Source: Eledone cirrhosa
Lineage: Eukaryota
Reading direction: 5' to 3'
Assembly (NCBI GenBank): GCA_964016885.1
Contig: OZ024743.1
Location: 35,278,001-35,342,000, forward strand
DNA: 64,000 nucleotides
Under the pieces are notes generated by a model. It did not search any database. It was not told the origin of the DNA and was given only the letters and a program-made list of their open reading frames with translations. The translations under genes were made by a program, and so were the position numbers. Of the stretch, positions 51,030 to 63,860 are shown in pieces. Each line of letters opens with the position of its first letter. Positions within the stretch are counted from its first letter, which is position 1.

Positions 51030-51372
51030 ATAATATAGGTTAGTTTTATAAATAAATATTGACATACCCTGAAAAAATGCAATCATTCTGGTTGGAATCT
51101 CCTGGATAGTGGAGTTATTAGATTTATTGTTGGTTTATTATGCAAATTAGTGTCGGTAAGGTTTAAATAACAGTATATTTAAATTAAGCCGTTGGAATAG
51201 GGAAAAAAAGAAAGAAAGAGAAAAAAGAAAAAAACGAAAGAAAGAAAGAGAAAAAACCTTAGTATATTTAAGTGAGAGAGAATAGCGTAATTTTGAGAGA
51301 AGATGCGAAGAAATAAATATATATATATATATGCAGAGGTTATATTTAATTTGTTGGGATTCAAAAAGCTTT

Positions 51373-51404
<32 letters not shown>

Positions 51405-53305
51405 TGTGGGGCTCGGCTACGTATATATATATATAATGTATGTACGTGTTTATATACTAATATATAAATTGTTTAACAACGATATATATACATATGGGGT
51501 ACCGCCTTGAAAGATTTAGTTGATCATTTAATGTAGTGAGTGGCAAAATGTCTATAAACAGTTTATTCAATCAATTCGTAGACAAAAACTCCCTCGGGAG
51601 ATGTTTAAAATATGTTTATGGGAGATAAGGAGAATGAATAAAGAAAAAACATACCTATGGATATTCGACAAAGTGTGTCACAGCTGATAACATAAGTGAA
51701 CAAAGGTAGTCTAAAAGTTGATTGTTATGACACGCAGGAAGCCTCTTGGTGTAAGATTTGACACTTCCCACATAGAAAACTGGTGATCTGTGTAAATATC
51801 CCTTGTCCTTTGTTTTCCTTCTATCTCACACGCTAATGTTTTATAGAAAATTAACTCCAATAAACATGCTTACCTTACTAAATAACATGCAGGTGAGTGA
51901 ACTACAGCGTTTTCTCTCTCACTGTCACTTCTCTCTCTATGTTTCTCCTCTTTCTCTTCTCTTTACCTTCTCTCCAGTTTACGTTGACTTTTCAGCCAAG
52001 AAAATTGTTTCCGTCAATAAAAATTGCTTAACAATGGTGAATAAGGAGTTTTAAATGAATACTCCGACTTCTCTTGGCTTTTAACCCTGATTTCTTCGTT
52101 ATATACTTCTGCTTGTTATATTTATTTCTTTTTTACTCTCACTCTAACTTATCCTAATCTCTCTCCACTCACTTCCTCCTACTTTTTTCTCTTCGCTTTA
52201 TCTCTTACTTTCCACCTGTTTTTTTTTTTTGTTATTTCTTTTTGTTACCTTCTTTCTATTTCCCCTCTCACTTTCTATTAATTCTCTTTACTCTGTTTGT
52301 TATCTTTTCTCTTTCATATCTTATTTTCTCTCCGTTTCTTCGACTCTTATTTCCCTGTTTTCTTTGCACACACTTGTCTAGCTTTTCTCCGTCTCTTACT
52401 TTCTATCACCCCCCCCTTCTCTCACTCTTATTTCGTTTTATTGTTCTCTCTTTCGCATGCCTTCTTCCTTTATTCTGTTTACTTTCTTCTCTACCCTCGC
52501 TCTCCTTTTATCCACTGGGTTTCGTTCTCCTCTCTCTCTCCTCTCACTCGGACGCCTGTTGCTTTTTCACCTAACTCTTTCTTTGAGTGTCATGTTACTT
52601 TTACACTTTCTCTGATATCATTTTTTCCTTTCTTTCTCTACTATTGTTTCCGTTGTAATCTTAATCAATTGACAAATATCTATAGCGTCGTGGATACTCC
52701 AACCTCTATCTAACTTTTTCTCTCCTACACTCAATCTCAGCCTATCTATCCCTTAGTCGTCTATCTTAAAATCCCAGCCATTAGGGGGATTGGCAAAGGG
52801 TGGAGGATTGGCAGTATCGGTAGAGGGTCGGACGCCATGCTTTAACGCATAGAGTTACGGCCCTTGCTATTCTGAGTTCAAATCCCGCCGAGGTTAACTT
52901 TGTCTTTCATCCTTACGGGGTCGATAAAATAAATTACCAGTAATACACTGGATAATTCTTGGCCTTGTGCCAAAAGTAGAAACAATTATCTTACACACAC
53001 CTTCACTCAGGTTCTATCAATCACGTTCTTTTTCAGTTTTGTTATTTTATTTTATTGTGAATTAATCGGAAAGAGAAGGAACAATGACTATGGCCTTTAT
53101 AGTTCCTCCTAGATTTGATGCGGCTGGTGTTCAATTTGATTCTTTTTTGGATGTTTATAATAGAAAAAACAATTGAATAGAAAAAGAAAACAATTTTTAG
53201 ATTGAGAAGAAAGAATGGAATGGAAAAGGAACGGAAAGTCAAGGGCTCTAGTGTCACGGAAGAATGAGGAGAGGGATTGGGCTCTGGGCCTAGGGCGCTA
53301 CGGTA

Positions 53306-53366
53306 ATGGGGCTGTGCTCCGTGGACAAGACCGCAAAAGCAGCAACACCTGCATCATCTTGTCTAT
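53306..53366 (+). CDS. Candidate first coding exon (MGLCSVDKTAKAATPASSCL), product unknown
   Basis: ATG in strong context (GTAATGG), in-frame stop just upstream, donor |GTGAGT at 53367, possible acceptor ttttag|53201. No downstream exon identified. Confidence 0.25.
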
Positions 53367-53484
53367 GTGAGTACTATCATATATTGTAATGTGGGTCAGC
53401 CACATTCATAGTCTCAGTTAATCGAAGTTTTTCAACTCACTGTATTACATGTGGTCCCTACTGTAATTGTATAAAGAACGTTCC

Positions 53485-53835
53485 ATTGAGGGTATTTTTT
53501 CTCAGCCATATTGTTTCCTATCGTTCAAGCATGCACGTAACTTCCAAAATCTCCTCATCTGTAGTTCCCTTCCTCCCCCAACTCCCAACCCCACTCTTAT
53601 TGGGCCCAACAGCCAGGTCTTCCGTGTTACGAACTCCTTCAACTGCACTTCCTCCAAACTTGTGATTTACCGCGAGCATCTCCGTTCAGCAACAGGTTTC
53701 CAGTCGTCTGATATTTCCGATCCTCCAGATACTTCACCCACTATTTTCAGCATCATTGCTTATCCCGGACTCAGATATAAGAAGAGAACAGCACTTTATT
53801 TATTTTTCTCTCCAAATTTTAAATGGACATAGCCT
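53485..53835 (+). mobile_element. Degenerate Penelope-like (GIY-YIG region) remnant
   Basis: IFSQP..LSFKHARNFQNLLICSSL...FRVTNSFNCTSSKLVIY.REHLRS resembles the PLE RT-to-endonuclease linker. Confidence 0.55.
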
Positions 53836-54113
53836 AAACACCCCACCCTTTTTCCTTTAGCCTGCTCTTTCCCAGCACCCACCTCCTATCCACTCTCACA
53901 CCAACACACATGCACCACCAATTCACCTACACACCCACTCACATGCTTACTTAGACACACTGACACACATAGATACAAAATATCACAGACACACCAACAC
54001 ATCTAATTAATTAGTTACATCAACACAACCATAAATACAAATTTAATTTTACTAATGCTACTAATTAACTAACTAATCATACAGACATGCCTAAAACTAC
54101 ATGGCCAACTTAA

Positions 54114-54322
54114 CCCTTTAGCATTTTATCCGGCCAGAATTCTTTCACTTCTTTCAGTTTAAACCAGCTGTAACCGGCTGCTGATACTGATGTTAAGGTA
54201 TTGTTCTCAAAATGAATAACATCAAAATCTCAGATTCCATATTATGTGAGATAATTATGTGAGGTAAAGCCATTAGCATGAATATACAATAGTAAATATA
54301 AAGTAATGTACATGATAAAGGG
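54114..54322. mobile_element. piggyBac-type MITE (second copy)
   Basis: TTAA-CCCTTTAGCA...AAAGGG-TTAA ends. Internal sequence is the reverse complement of the copy at 6372-6529. Confidence 0.75.
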
Positions 54323-54849
54323 TTAAACATTAATACTGCACTCCTTTATTACCGTGCACACACACACACATACATTACCACCACTATCACAGAATAGGCA
54401 CAACAACTCACCCTCATAGTGACCCTGCTTCTCTATCCTACCCCCTCATTATGCATCGCTACACCTTCACCTCACACCACTTCTGTTCTTAGTGTTCCAC
54501 AAATAGCCACCTCATCCAGCCTCCTCTGACCACTTCCTGAAATAGTCCAGCTGGATACAAATAATGGCAAACATTTTGTATTGGTCAAGACTGATCAGGT
54601 AATCAGACTTGCTGCATTTTGCAAAGCCACTGCTCTTGTACTAATGTGTGTTGTAGAGGTGGGAAATTTAGGATTGTCATTTTCAAGGACAATTATTCTG
54701 CAACGTTGTCTAAGACTAGCTAATCCTGATTCTTATGAATTGTAATGTTCAGGAGCCTGGAGATTTTGGAAAATTTCCAAGAGGGATCTTCACTGGTGGC
54801 ATCAAATGGACAATATTTTTGGTATTATTATCGAAAGACACCCCCACTG

Positions 54850-55225
54850 ATTTCAGTCGGAAATAATATTTTCTGAATGCTATCAACTAATCTTACCTCC
54901 TAATATGGTGCAAAGGACTTTTTTTCCACAGAAAATGGAGGGAGGAACATTGTAGTTTTCTTTATCATTTGCTTCCTTTGTTTTTTTTCATCTGCTACCA
55001 ACTAACCTTACTTCCGAACATACTGCAAAGACCATGGGGTTAGAGTTAGGGTTGGAGTTAAGGTCAGTGGGTAAAGAAAATTCTGTGAGGTGGGACATGT
55101 CTGAGGGTTCTCCATTCCCTCTCCTTTTCTGGTGAAAAAGTCCTTTGCAGCATGTTCTGAGGTAAGATTAGTTGGTAGCATACAAAAAAAATTAAAGGGA
55201 AAATAATTTATTTCCCACTGAAATC
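54850..55225. mobile_element. Related TIR element with GGGTTAG core
   Basis: TGCTATCAACTAATCTTACCTC / GAGGTAAGATTAGTTGGTAGCA inverted repeats, outer GATTTCAGT/ACTGAAATC, core GGGGTTAGAGTTAGGGTT. Confidence 0.6.
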
Positions 55226-55269
55226 AGTGTGTGTGTGTGTATGTGGGAGGGGAGGGGGGTCTTTCTATA

Positions 55270-56143
55270 AATTTACCAGATTAATACATCCAGGCGGAGG
55301 TGGGTGTTCAGAAAGTACAATAACTAGGGTAAGAATGGGATGGAAGAAGTTCAGGGAACTACTGCCACTGCTAGCTGCTAAAGGCTTCTCCCTCAGAATG
55401 AAAGGCAGACTGTATGATGCGTGTATCCGAACAGCAATGTTACATGGTAGTGAGACCTGGGTGCTGAAAGTGGAAGACTTATGTAGATTAGAGAGAAACG
55501 AAGCCTGCATGCTCCGATGGATGTGTAATAGAAATATACGCCAACGACAAAGCATAAATGAATTGAGAGAGAGACTGAGCATAAGAGGAATCAAATGCTG
55601 TGTGCAGGAGAGGCGGTTGCGTTGGTATGGACATGTGATGCACATGAAGGATGACAGCTGCATAAAAAGGTGCAGAGCACTAGAAGTCGATGGAAACCGC
55701 GGAGTGGGGAGACCCAAGATGACCTGGGATGAGGTGATAAAAGCTGTCCTTACCCAATTACACCTCTCAAAGGCGCTGACACACGACCGTGACCTCTGGC
55801 GTCACGCAGTAATACAGAGTACCCGACCTCCCATGGGTACAAGCTGAAGCATATAGACAATATGCCCCCACACCCTCCCACTGCAAGGTGGTCGTGGAGG
55901 TGCCACGGCAAAAAAAGCACGCAGCCCACACTGTAAAGTGGACGTGTAGGCGCCACGAAAAAGCACCCAGCACTCACTGTAAATGAGGTTGGTGTTAGGA
56001 AGGGCATCCAGCTGTAGAAATCAAGCCAAATAAGTTCCTGTATGAGCAAGGCATGGTCAGCCGTGCCCACAACAGGACAACCCGTCTAACCCATGCTAGC
56101 GTGGAAGAACGGGCGTAAAACGGTGATGATGATGATGATGATG
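55270..56143 (+). mobile_element. RTE-type LINE 3' fragment with (GAT)n tail
   Basis: ORF 55227..55847 contains RVRMGWKKFREL, LHGSETW, RRLRWYGHVMHM, GRPKMTW. The 3' UTR ends in GAT repeats. Confidence 0.9.
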
Positions 56144-57059
56144 CTTCACTTGCATATGTAGCTTATTCCTTTCATATCATCATTTAAAGACTCCAAACAT
56201 ACAAAATAATTCATCTGTTTTTATTCATGATGCTTCTTATATTTCACATGAAACAAAATTTCTATGCAGTTTCCAAATAGTAACCTGTTGTTGATAGTAG
56301 AATGTCTCCAATGAACAAATACACTTTCTAAGTAAAGTCTGCATGTGAATAAATGTAGAACATGTTAAAATAAAATATGTGCACAACAGAACAAAGAACT
56401 GAACTTCAGTGTCAACAAAGGATGTGGCTATGTGTAACAAACAAAAAGATTGAATCAAACAAAATTCAGTGAATTAAATGTTTAAGAGTTCAGTTTGGAA
56501 TGTCAAAATAATTCTGTGTTCATTATAAGGAGAACCGATGGTGGTGGGTTGGCAGAATCATCAGTGCATCACACAAATAAGATTAGCTAAGGAGACAAAA
56601 CTACATACACACACATACAAATATATGTTCTGCTTCTGCACAGTTTCCATCTACCAAATTTAAGGTTATAGTAGAAGCCACTTGCCCAAGGTGCCATGCA
56701 GTGAAACGGAACTCCAAACCATGTGGTTGCAAAAAAACATGTATAAAGCATTAAACTAATGTAGAACTTCATTTCCATCTTTCTCTCTCTATATATATAT
56801 ACACAGTTTAACTTATCCCAAAGTTATGCTCGACGTTTACCAAATAAATGAATGATTTATGTTGATGCCACACAACTTTAGAAAATGAGCCTAACATTGC
56901 AACTCACCTTTCAGTTTTGAAGTGAAATCTGCATCTAACAAGGGAAATGAACAAAGCCAGGAATTAATGATAACCAATTTACCTGGTTCCCAAAAGTCTA
57001 GGCATTTTTTCTATTACATTGCATAGCTAAAAGCTAAGGTATATCTGCTTGTCAAGTCA

Positions 57060-57450
57060 TCAATGGACACTTTTTCATCACCAGACATATGTACACATCG
57101 AAGTTAAAGGACCTCTACCAAGAAAATAGTTATTTGCTCACTTGTATCAACAAGTACTGCAGATGGCCCATAGTTATTTCTCTAGCTAACATTACAACAG
57201 AATCAGCTCTCAAAACATTTATTTACCACTGGATATCCAGGTACGGTACTTCAGTTATAATTACAGTTGACAAACGATGACAGTTTTAGTCTCGCTTAAT
57301 CGAGGATCTATCATAATAGCTAGGCTACATTCAAACCCACACTACTTCTTATCATCCATGGTGTAACGTTTTTTATCCTCAACTCAAGGCTACATTGAAA
57401 GCACAGCCAGACCACTCCAGGTGGAAATGAGTAGCTTCTTTGCATGCTAT
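57060..57450 (+). mobile_element. Ty3/Gypsy integrase (rve) remnant
   Basis: YLLTCINKYCRWP...HWISRYGT..IITVDKR*QF...TTSYHP..N...QLKATLKA. Confidence 0.75.
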
Positions 57451-58429
57451 TGGGAATACAAGTATGTTTTACTGGGGTGGATTTAATCAACTTTCCCCTC
57501 CTGCCAAATTGCTGGCCTTGTGCCTATATAAGAAACCATTATTGGTGGACCAGTAAAGAAATATTATATTGGTACAGGCATGTCTGTGTGGTTAAGGAGT
57601 TTTTTTTGTTTTGTTTTTTTTTCCGACCTCAACATGGAATCTTGGATTAAAAAATTGGGTAAAAAACCCAATGTGAAAGGAACACAAGAAAAAGAACTAA
57701 TATTTGATTACTAGGATGAAATGTTGATTTTCCGTGCTTTGGCAGAAAAGAACTTACTTGATTGTTTTTTATTTATTTATTTACTTTTATATTTTAATGA
57801 AACAATGAATGTCATTATGAATGTAACAACTGTAAGGATGAAAGGCAAAGCTAACCGTGGCGAGATTTGCACTCAGAACGTAAAAGGCCGTAACTTTATG
57901 GTGCAAAGCATGGTGTCCGACATTCTACGGATTCTACCAATCCACCACCCTTGAAGGAAAGAGTTTAATAATATAACTAACTTTCTCATTATCACAATGG
58001 TAGTTGGGGAATAAAGTAACAAAGGTTCTTACATAAAATTATAAGTTTTTGATAAATATAAACTGTTCCTGGTTCTCTGATACAAAACTATTTATTTTAA
58101 AGTCTAATATGCTACTATCTTAAAACAGGAGTACCAGATTGGATTATGTAGTCTTAGATAGGAAACAATATGGCATGGCAACCACTGCAATACCTTGATG
58201 ATAAGCCACTCTATCAGGTTGACCTGGTACTAAAAAGCAACAACAACATCTGTGGAACAAATGTTGCTAAGGCGTCATGGTACTAAACATAGTCTGTGTT
58301 GTTAGAAATGAGGGCATTGTTGGCATGTATATAAGTGTTTGTTGTTGAATTTGAGGGCATTATATGTATTTATGTCAGCCTTAGGGCTGACAATAAACCT
58401 CAAGAAAACAGAGAGCCTAATATCTTTGT

Positions 58430-59490
58430 GTATGGGAAGCACTTTGGAGTAGCATAAAAGTTTGTTTACTTTTAAAGCACTGTAAACAGGTCTTGCAACT
58501 TGGTTGATGAAGTGAATCTCAGAATTCAGAAAGCAAGTCAGACTTTTGGAAAGTTTGAGGTGCGTCTATGTTCCCAACATGGGATCTTACAACAGAGGAA
58601 AGTAAAAGTGTACAATGCATATTCTCACATCATTACTGTACACTTGTGAAACATGGGTAACTTACGGACATCACAACTAACAACTTGAAAGATTTCACCA
58701 AATGAGTCTCAAAAGAGCTGCTGGAATTGACTGGAGATACCAGACTGGAGACACCACAGGTTCTCAGGAGAACGCACCGTGAGAGTATCAAATCTCTGGT
58801 TTTAAAAAACAGGCTGAGATGGAGTGGTCACATGGTGTGCATGGGTGACAGCCGGCTTCCCAAGAGGATGGCGAATGGAAAGTAACCACTTCATAAGCCC
58901 AGGAAGAGATATACCTAAGGACTGTCTTAAAAAGTCACTTATACATGCTTTATCAATATTGCAATATGGGAAACTGAAGCCTTTGATAGAAGTAAATGAA
59001 GAAAGATGGTCTATCGAGGAAAAATTGTTTTTGAGACATCTTGGGTACAACATGAAAAATTTAAAAGGGATATCAGAAGGGTCTTGCTGTGAATTTACCA
59101 CAACAATCTGGTGATGTCCATGGTTTGATATATGAAATTTGTAACATTCTGCTTCAGCACAGCTGGTAAGAAAATTCATCTTCACAGTTATGCATATAGA
59201 ATTCCTGCCGATTACCAAATTGCCATGACCAGAAATATAACATACATATGCAGAACCTTTGTCAAAGAATGCAGGTCTGCTGGCAGCCTAAAAAGGCACA
59301 TCAAAGTGCATAATGAGCCTCAAGAGGCCAATAATGTTATATTGAAAGTGCTGCAACACACCAGCCAACTTTGTACAAAATGATGTAAGTCACTTGCAGG
59401 CCTAAAAAGCCATATTCATTCACAGTACCCACAGGATTCAAGCTAATGTCATTTGACAGTCATGTCTGATCATGGGGTAGCTGCCATCAA
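58430..59490 (+). mobile_element. RTE (BovB-like) LINE 3' remnant with C2H2-like fingers
   Basis: Degenerate RIQKAS..FGK, LLYTCETWV, RLRWSGHMV, and C..F.KEC.SAGSLKRHIKVH. Confidence 0.7.
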
Positions 59491-59719
59491 GTATGTATGT
59501 TCTTCTGGTTTTATAATTTCACAAATTTTTGCCAATAGAGAGAGAGTCGGTTTCTAACATAGTTAGAAGACTCATTGGAATTTACACAACATCAACTAGG
59601 TAGATATGTATGCATGCATGTGTAGATATGAATGTTATTGTATGTGTGGATGTGGATGTTTTAGTTGTATGTATGCATGTGTATATGCTTAGTATCTGTA
59701 CATGTGTATATGCAGTTAT

Positions 59720-59962
59720 TAGATGCAAAATCTTTGGAATGTTTTACATATTTTTACTGTTACATTAATGGATTGTACTTGTAATTTCCTAACTAGTTGT
59801 GTTCTTTCTGTTTCTGTGAAGCTCAGCTACTCAAGATTTGTATTGAGGCAGTTACTAACATACCCCCAGTGCCCCAATAATCACAGGCATAAATCTAAAG
59901 ATATAATCAGCGTGGAGTATCTGCAGATATCTCATCAGTTCTGCATAAATATTCTCCTTTTC
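59720..59962 (-). mobile_element. RLE-type (R2/R4/NeSL group) non-LTR element C-terminal fragment
   Basis: EKENIYAELMRYLQIL...FMPVIIGALG resembles the K..KY..L...PxxxGAxG end of restriction-like endonuclease domains. Flanked by microsatellite. Confidence 0.6.
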
Positions 59963-60647
59963 GCTATGTATGTATGTGTGTGTGTGTTTTTGTGTGTATA
60001 TGTATTTGTATAGGAGTATACAAATATATATGTATATATAGCAAGGTAGCATTAAAGCTAGGTCAGTGAATCATTATCATAGTCATAAATCATTGTGTGT
60101 CTCAACCATATTCTAAACATAGCAACCGTTGACTGACATAACCCAACCCCACTTCAAACTAATACACCAAACATTAACCAAAACCAATACCACTGCTGCA
60201 CACACTAAGCCTATGTAGTGTACAAAAAACACTTCTAGAACTTACTAAACCCACCCTCACCAACACTGCACCAACCTTTTATGCTGTCTTTTAAACCTTA
60301 AACCTACTTGATCTTGCTAAACCGCTTCAATACATGCAGAAAGTCATATACACAGCTGATATAACAACTACATCCTGCCACCATTCTCCAAACACTATTG
60401 AGCATCTACACCAATCTTCTTTTAAAGACATCTAGAAACCTGATGCTTCAGTAATAGAGAACCTACTAAATCAACTTCTCACTAGCAACATCAGAAGACA
60501 GTAAATACAAGCAGCAATCCTTACTCTCAAAAACATAAACATACCACTCACACAGAAGACTCAGATTTTAGCACTGTTTTGAAAAAATGTTTGTTTCAGA
60601 CAATTAAAATATGAGATATACCCCCCCCCCCTCCATATATATATAGA

Positions 60648-60967
60648 GGCACATGGCTTAGTGGTTAGAGCATTGGCCTTGCAATCGAAAGGTTGTGAGT
60701 TCAATTCTCAGACCGGGTGATGTGTTGTTTCCTTGAGCAAGACACTTTATTTCACATTGCTCCAGTTTACTCAGCTGTAGAAATGAGATGATAGGGACTG
60801 AGGTCCATATCATTCCACTGCAAAGTGGTCGTGGAGGTGCCACGGCAAAAAAGCACCCAGCACTCACTGTAAATGAGGTTGGTGTTAGGAAGGGCATCCA
60901 GCTGTAGAAATCAAGCCAGAATTAGTTCTCGTCCCACCCTTGCAATGCAGGAAAAAGCGGACATAAA

Positions 60968-60998
<31 letters not shown>
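60648..60998 (+). mobile_element. tRNA-derived SINE with RTE-derived 3' tail
   Basis: A-box TGGCTTAGTGG, B-box GAGTTCAATTC, CCTTGAGCAAGACACTT core. The 3' part matches the RTE 3' UTR at about 55880-56035. (GAT)n tail. Confidence 0.8.
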
Positions 60999-61037
<39 letters not shown>

Positions 61038-61544
61038 TAACATATAGAGAAAGTATATATAGAGATATGTGTTCAATCATAGGGGAATAAAAACCACCAG
61101 AGTGACAAACATATCACCTCCAGAAGGAATGAGGAATACAAATCAATAAAAAGAATATATTAAAGTATACTAACCATTCGATTATAACAATAACACTCGG
61201 ACAAACTCACATAAGAGTATGTTTTGCTATAAAAAGTGAAGAATCCATATTGTAGATGTAGCTCTACATATTGCGAGTGCCTAGCAATATGATCAACACT
61301 TCTATAAAAATATATCAGTTAACTAAAAAAACACACATGGTATAGAGGAAAGACATGCGCGTTTTATAGCCCATGGCGGTGTGAATAGATAAAAAAAAAC
61401 GCTAAAAACAGCAGCTCAGAACCATTCAATTTTAGAAGCTCTACTTAGATACAGAAATGAATTGGGAGCCAATATATCAAATTAAAAAACGGAGTTAAAA
61501 ACTCACATTAATCCCCTATAATTTAATGAGCTCAAGGAATATAT

Positions 61545-62661
61545 TCTGGTGTACCACAGGGATCTGTTCTTGGCCCCCTTATGTTTGTGGCATATATTAA
61601 TGACATAGATGCCAACTTAAAGAATGCCACAGTACTAAAGTACGCAGATGACATCAAGCTGTACCTTGAGATAAAAAGGACAGATCCTGAACACTATAGA
61701 TCTTGCTTGCAGTCTGACCTGGACACAATGTGACAATGGATCTCAGACTGGCAACTCAAGCTAGCTGCGGACAAGTGCACCACCATGCATTTTGGGAGTA
61801 AAAACCCAGCGTCCACATACTCCCTCCAGAGCACCAATATCAAGAAGTCTTCTTGTGAACGTGACCTGGGCATTACGGTCAGCAGCAATTTGCGTTGGAC
61901 GAAGCACGTCTCTAAAATTGTCAAGAGGGCTGAGGGTGTCTTAGCATCACTCAGCAAGACCTTTGTCAGCCGCTCTCCAGTTATCTATTTAAGGCTGTAC
62001 ATGCTATGGTGTGGCCACACTTAGAATTTGCATCACCAGTCTGGAACCCCTATCTTGCTCAGAACTTTGACCACCTGGAAACTGTTCAGAGACGTGCAAC
62101 CAGGCGAATACCCTCCATCAGACCGCCTGGAAACTTTTCAGAGACATGAAACCAAGCGAATACACTCCATCAGGCATCTACCATACTCTGAACGCCTTGC
62201 TTCCCTGGGCATGGCCACATTGAAGCTCCGACACCTGGCAACTGACTTGGTAAACACCCACAAAATTGTTAACTATCTTGCCAACAACAACCCTGATTAC
62301 CTTTTAGATTTCCATGTGTCTAACACACGTGAGCATGCCCACAAAGTCAGAAAACAGCACAGTTCCCATGACTTTCGGAAACATTTTTTTATGCTCAGAG
62401 TTGCTGAAGCATGGAACAAACTACCTGCATCAGTTGTTAGCTGTCGAGACACTGCATCCTTTAAAACCTCCATGCTTCCCGAGATTCACCAACACTACAC
62501 CTAATGTTCCCCCTCCATACACATACACACATGTATATCATGACTCATACACTATTCACTTCCTTAACATTTGTATATTATTCTATGTACTATACATGCA
62601 CCTTTGACGAGTTGTAGTGCACCTGAGCTCTTTACACAATAATTTCATTATTATTATTATT
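61545..62661 (+). mobile_element. CR1-group LINE, 5'-truncated RT with (ATT)n tail
   Basis: SGVPQGSVLGP, YINDI, KYADDIKLY, ERDLGITVS, WNKLP. Internal duplication of about 50 bp at 62074-62172. Same family as 17170-17753. Confidence 0.92.
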
Positions 62662-63582
62662 CCGAATTGGCAGTATCGGTAGAGGGTTGGACGCCATGCT
62701 TTCTAGCATAGTTACGTCCCTTTGCAGCCTGAGTTCAAATCCTGCCGAGGTTAACTTTGCCTTTCATCCTTATGGGGTTGATAAAATAAAGTACCAGTAA
62801 TGTACTGAGTAATTGCTGGCCTTGTGCCTAAAGTAGAAACAATTATTATTCCGGGCTCTTTATAAATCAACATATAGAGAGAAGTACACAGAGATATGTA
62901 TTAAATCATAGAAGATCAAAAACCACCAGTGACAAACATATTTCCTATGTATGTCAATAGAGCTTCTAAAGTTGAATGGCTCTGAGCTGCTGTTTTTAGC
63001 GGTCTTTTGGTTCATTCATACCTCCATGGGCTATAAAACGCGCATGTCTTTCCTCGAAATAAGGGGCAAAGATGCAACCAGTTGTGTCCCTTGTTTTGAC
63101 CCCAAAAAACATAAGTGACAATAACATTACGAATGAAAACTTAGAAAATTAGACATGAAAAAACTTTTGAAAAGTTGTTTGAAGTGAAACCGGTCAAGTA
63201 CAAAAGTACAAAAACTATTCTTTTTGATGGAATAAATTATTTTTTTCATTGTGTTCTATACACGTGTCATGTATATATAATAAATGAAAACACATTTGAT
63301 GCTTTTTTTCAAAATTTTATTATTATTCCTGTATATTTATAGACACACTTAATAAAGAAAGTTTCATTCACAACCCAGTGGGTTAGAACAATTTCCATAA
63401 TATATTCACATTTACCCAATTTTGTATTTATACAAAGTTACAGTAACACAGACTGAAAACATGATGGCGATGGTTTTGGTTCACAAGCTAAATTACTTTC
63501 ATGTAGACCATTAATAATCACTAATGTATGATGTATCACTGACTAACGGATCATGAAATCAAAGTAAAGTAAAACAATTTTG

Positions 63583-63860
63583 AATGCCTTTAAATTTAAA
63601 TGCAAACGAAATCTTTATAATTTTTTAATGAATTCCTTTTTAGAAGATCAATTAAGCTCACATGTGGGTAGATATGTTGAGGCTATCTCTTCTATTTTGA
63701 CACTTGAACTTACAGAGAGTTATGCCCCCTGGGCAGTCTCAAATAATTTCCAGTGGCATAAACCAGCATGTTGGAGCACCAGGAACAATTATATTACACT
63801 GGTGGGCTTAGATAGTGAGTCATAATGTTTCTTATGTATTTCTATAAGTTGAATCCAATT
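63583..63860. repeat. Dispersed repeat, homologous to 44995-45278
   Basis: Co-linear similarity (GAATGCCTTTAAAT...TTTTAGAAGATCAATT...GGGCAGTCTCAA...GTTGAATCCAAT). Confidence 0.7.

Noticed and set aside
51900-52750. Phe/Leu/Ser-rich ORFs
   Set aside because: Low-complexity polypyrimidine tract.
54530-54565. CTGAAATAGTCCAGCTGGATACAAA after a PLE remnant
   Set aside because: Resembles a decayed hammerhead, but both conserved boxes are broken.
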